Shown here piece after piece: positions 25,465 to 26,154 of a stretch of DNA of 26,154 nt. Each line of letters begins with the position of its first letter. Position 1 is the stretch's first letter. The notes below the pieces were generated by a model that was given only the letters and a program-made list of their open reading frames with translations, was not told the origin of the DNA and searched no databases. A program made the position numbers and the translations under genes. Source of the stretch: a virus (Duplodnaviria > Caudoviricetes); the IMG/VR virus record IMGVR_UViG_3300028377_000051, positions 1 to 26,154 of that record; one strand, given 5' to 3'.

Positions 25465-25839
25465 ATGAATAAATTAAAATCAATTACTCGCTATGTATTG
25501 TATATGGTGTTAGGGTGCGTTATTTTATTAGGATGCAACCACCTTGAAGAAGGAACTGTAGTTAATAAACATTATGAACCAATGGAAAAAAACTTGATAA
25601 TTATGCCTTTAGTTACGAGCAATGGAAAAACTACAACCACGATAATGATGCCTTACCTTGTAACTGATAACGAAGATTACGTTTTGCATATTAAAGGAAT
25701 TCATAAAGGTGAAGAAGTTACAGAAAAAGTATATACTTCTAAAGGATGCTACGAATCTATGAAAAATGGAGATAAATGGGCTAAAACTCAATATTGTAGT
25801 TTTTCTGACAACAATAACACTAAAGAGCGTAGGGACTAA
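25465..25839 (+). CDS. Putative lipoprotein
   Basis: Basic N-terminus, hydrophobic stretch and lipobox LLGC (Cys24). Confidence 0.7.
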   Translation: MNKLKSITRYVLYMVLGCVILLGCNHLEEGTVVNKHYEPMEKNLIIMPLVTSNGKTTTTIMMPYLVTDNEDYVLHIKGIHKGEEVTEKVYTSKGCYESMKNGDKWAKTQYCSFSDNNNTKERRD

Positions 25840-25974
25840 TGTACCCTAACGTGTTGAATATGGTGCGTTGTGATTTTGAATAATGACTTTAATTAATAGA
25901 TATGGAAAAAGATAAAGGAATAACAATTACCAATGTAGATAATCAAAAGTAATGTGATGTGCACGTTGTCACCG
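25837..25974. mobile_element. attC-like imperfect inverted repeat (degenerate)
   Basis: CCCTAAC just after the stop codon; arms AACGTG (25848-53)/CACGTT (25962-67); TAATGTACCCTAAC is complementary to GTTAGGGTGCGTTA at 25509-22. Confidence 0.5.
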
Positions 25975-26154
25975 ATAGTATTTGGTTAATAGAACAAATT
26001 TGGCTAGATCACCTAGAAACATTCGGAAAAGAAAAAGATGGCAGTTATTGTGATAGGTGGGAATTTAGCATAGTTAAAAGCCCCTTAAAAGTTGTGTGCT
26101 TTAAAAAAGTTGTGTGTGTTTTGAAAAAGTTGTGTGCGGGGGCAACTGCAGACC
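25902..26154 (+). pseudogene. Probable pseudogene with an in-frame TAA at codon 17
   Basis: MEKDKGITITNVDNQK*CDVHVVTDSIWLIEQIWLDHLE...; the frame stays open after the stop (25950-52) to the window end. Confidence 0.45.
26087..26136 (+). repeat. Three direct copies of AAAAGTTGTGTG
   Basis: Copies at 26087-98, 26105-16 and 26125-36. Confidence 0.85.

Noticed and set aside
19590-25791. Minus-strand ORFs in the track over the right-hand operon (e.g. 19590-19868, 21641-21823, 23224-23427)
   Set aside because: Antisense shadows of supported + strand genes.
26087-26136. CRISPR mini-array
   Set aside because: Repeats are 12 bp with 6-8 bp gaps, far too short for repeat-spacer units.
1-26154. Stop-codon reassignment (TAG or TGA), known in some crAss-like phages
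   Set aside because: All large genes are intact in the standard code, and TAG and TGA both end genes here (TAG at 5182 and 25025, TGA at 24772).

Overview
AT-rich (about 30% GC by eye), densely coding segment of a crAss-like (Crassvirales-type) tailed phage of a Bacteroidota host, read in the standard genetic code. The minus strand (1-16404) carries several small genes followed by the conserved crAss-like virion block: terminase large subunit, portal, acidic scaffold-like protein, major capsid protein and three further structural genes. A lysis module follows (holin, M15 peptidase endolysin, second holin). The plus strand (16548-26154) carries a recombination and accessory block: SF2 helicase, NinG-like nuclease, UvsY-sized protein, RecA/UvsX, GroES, GIY-YIG nuclease, PhoH, a DUF5664-like pyrophosphohydrolase, an SSB-like protein and small ORFs. 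Host-type sigma-A promoters (TTTG-N20-TAnnTTTG) and intrinsic terminators are visible throughout. Three features are unexplained: (i) a roughly 500-nt ORF-free region with its own promoter that folds by hand into a nested multi-helix structure, a candidate large ncRNA (16937-17464); (ii) an integron attC-like cassette architecture around the lipoprotein gene near the right end; (iii) a 14-nt motif in the leaders of two capsid genes, whose antisense copy lies in the 3' UTR of a small separately transcribed gene. All protein assignments come from motif recognition and gene order, not database searches.
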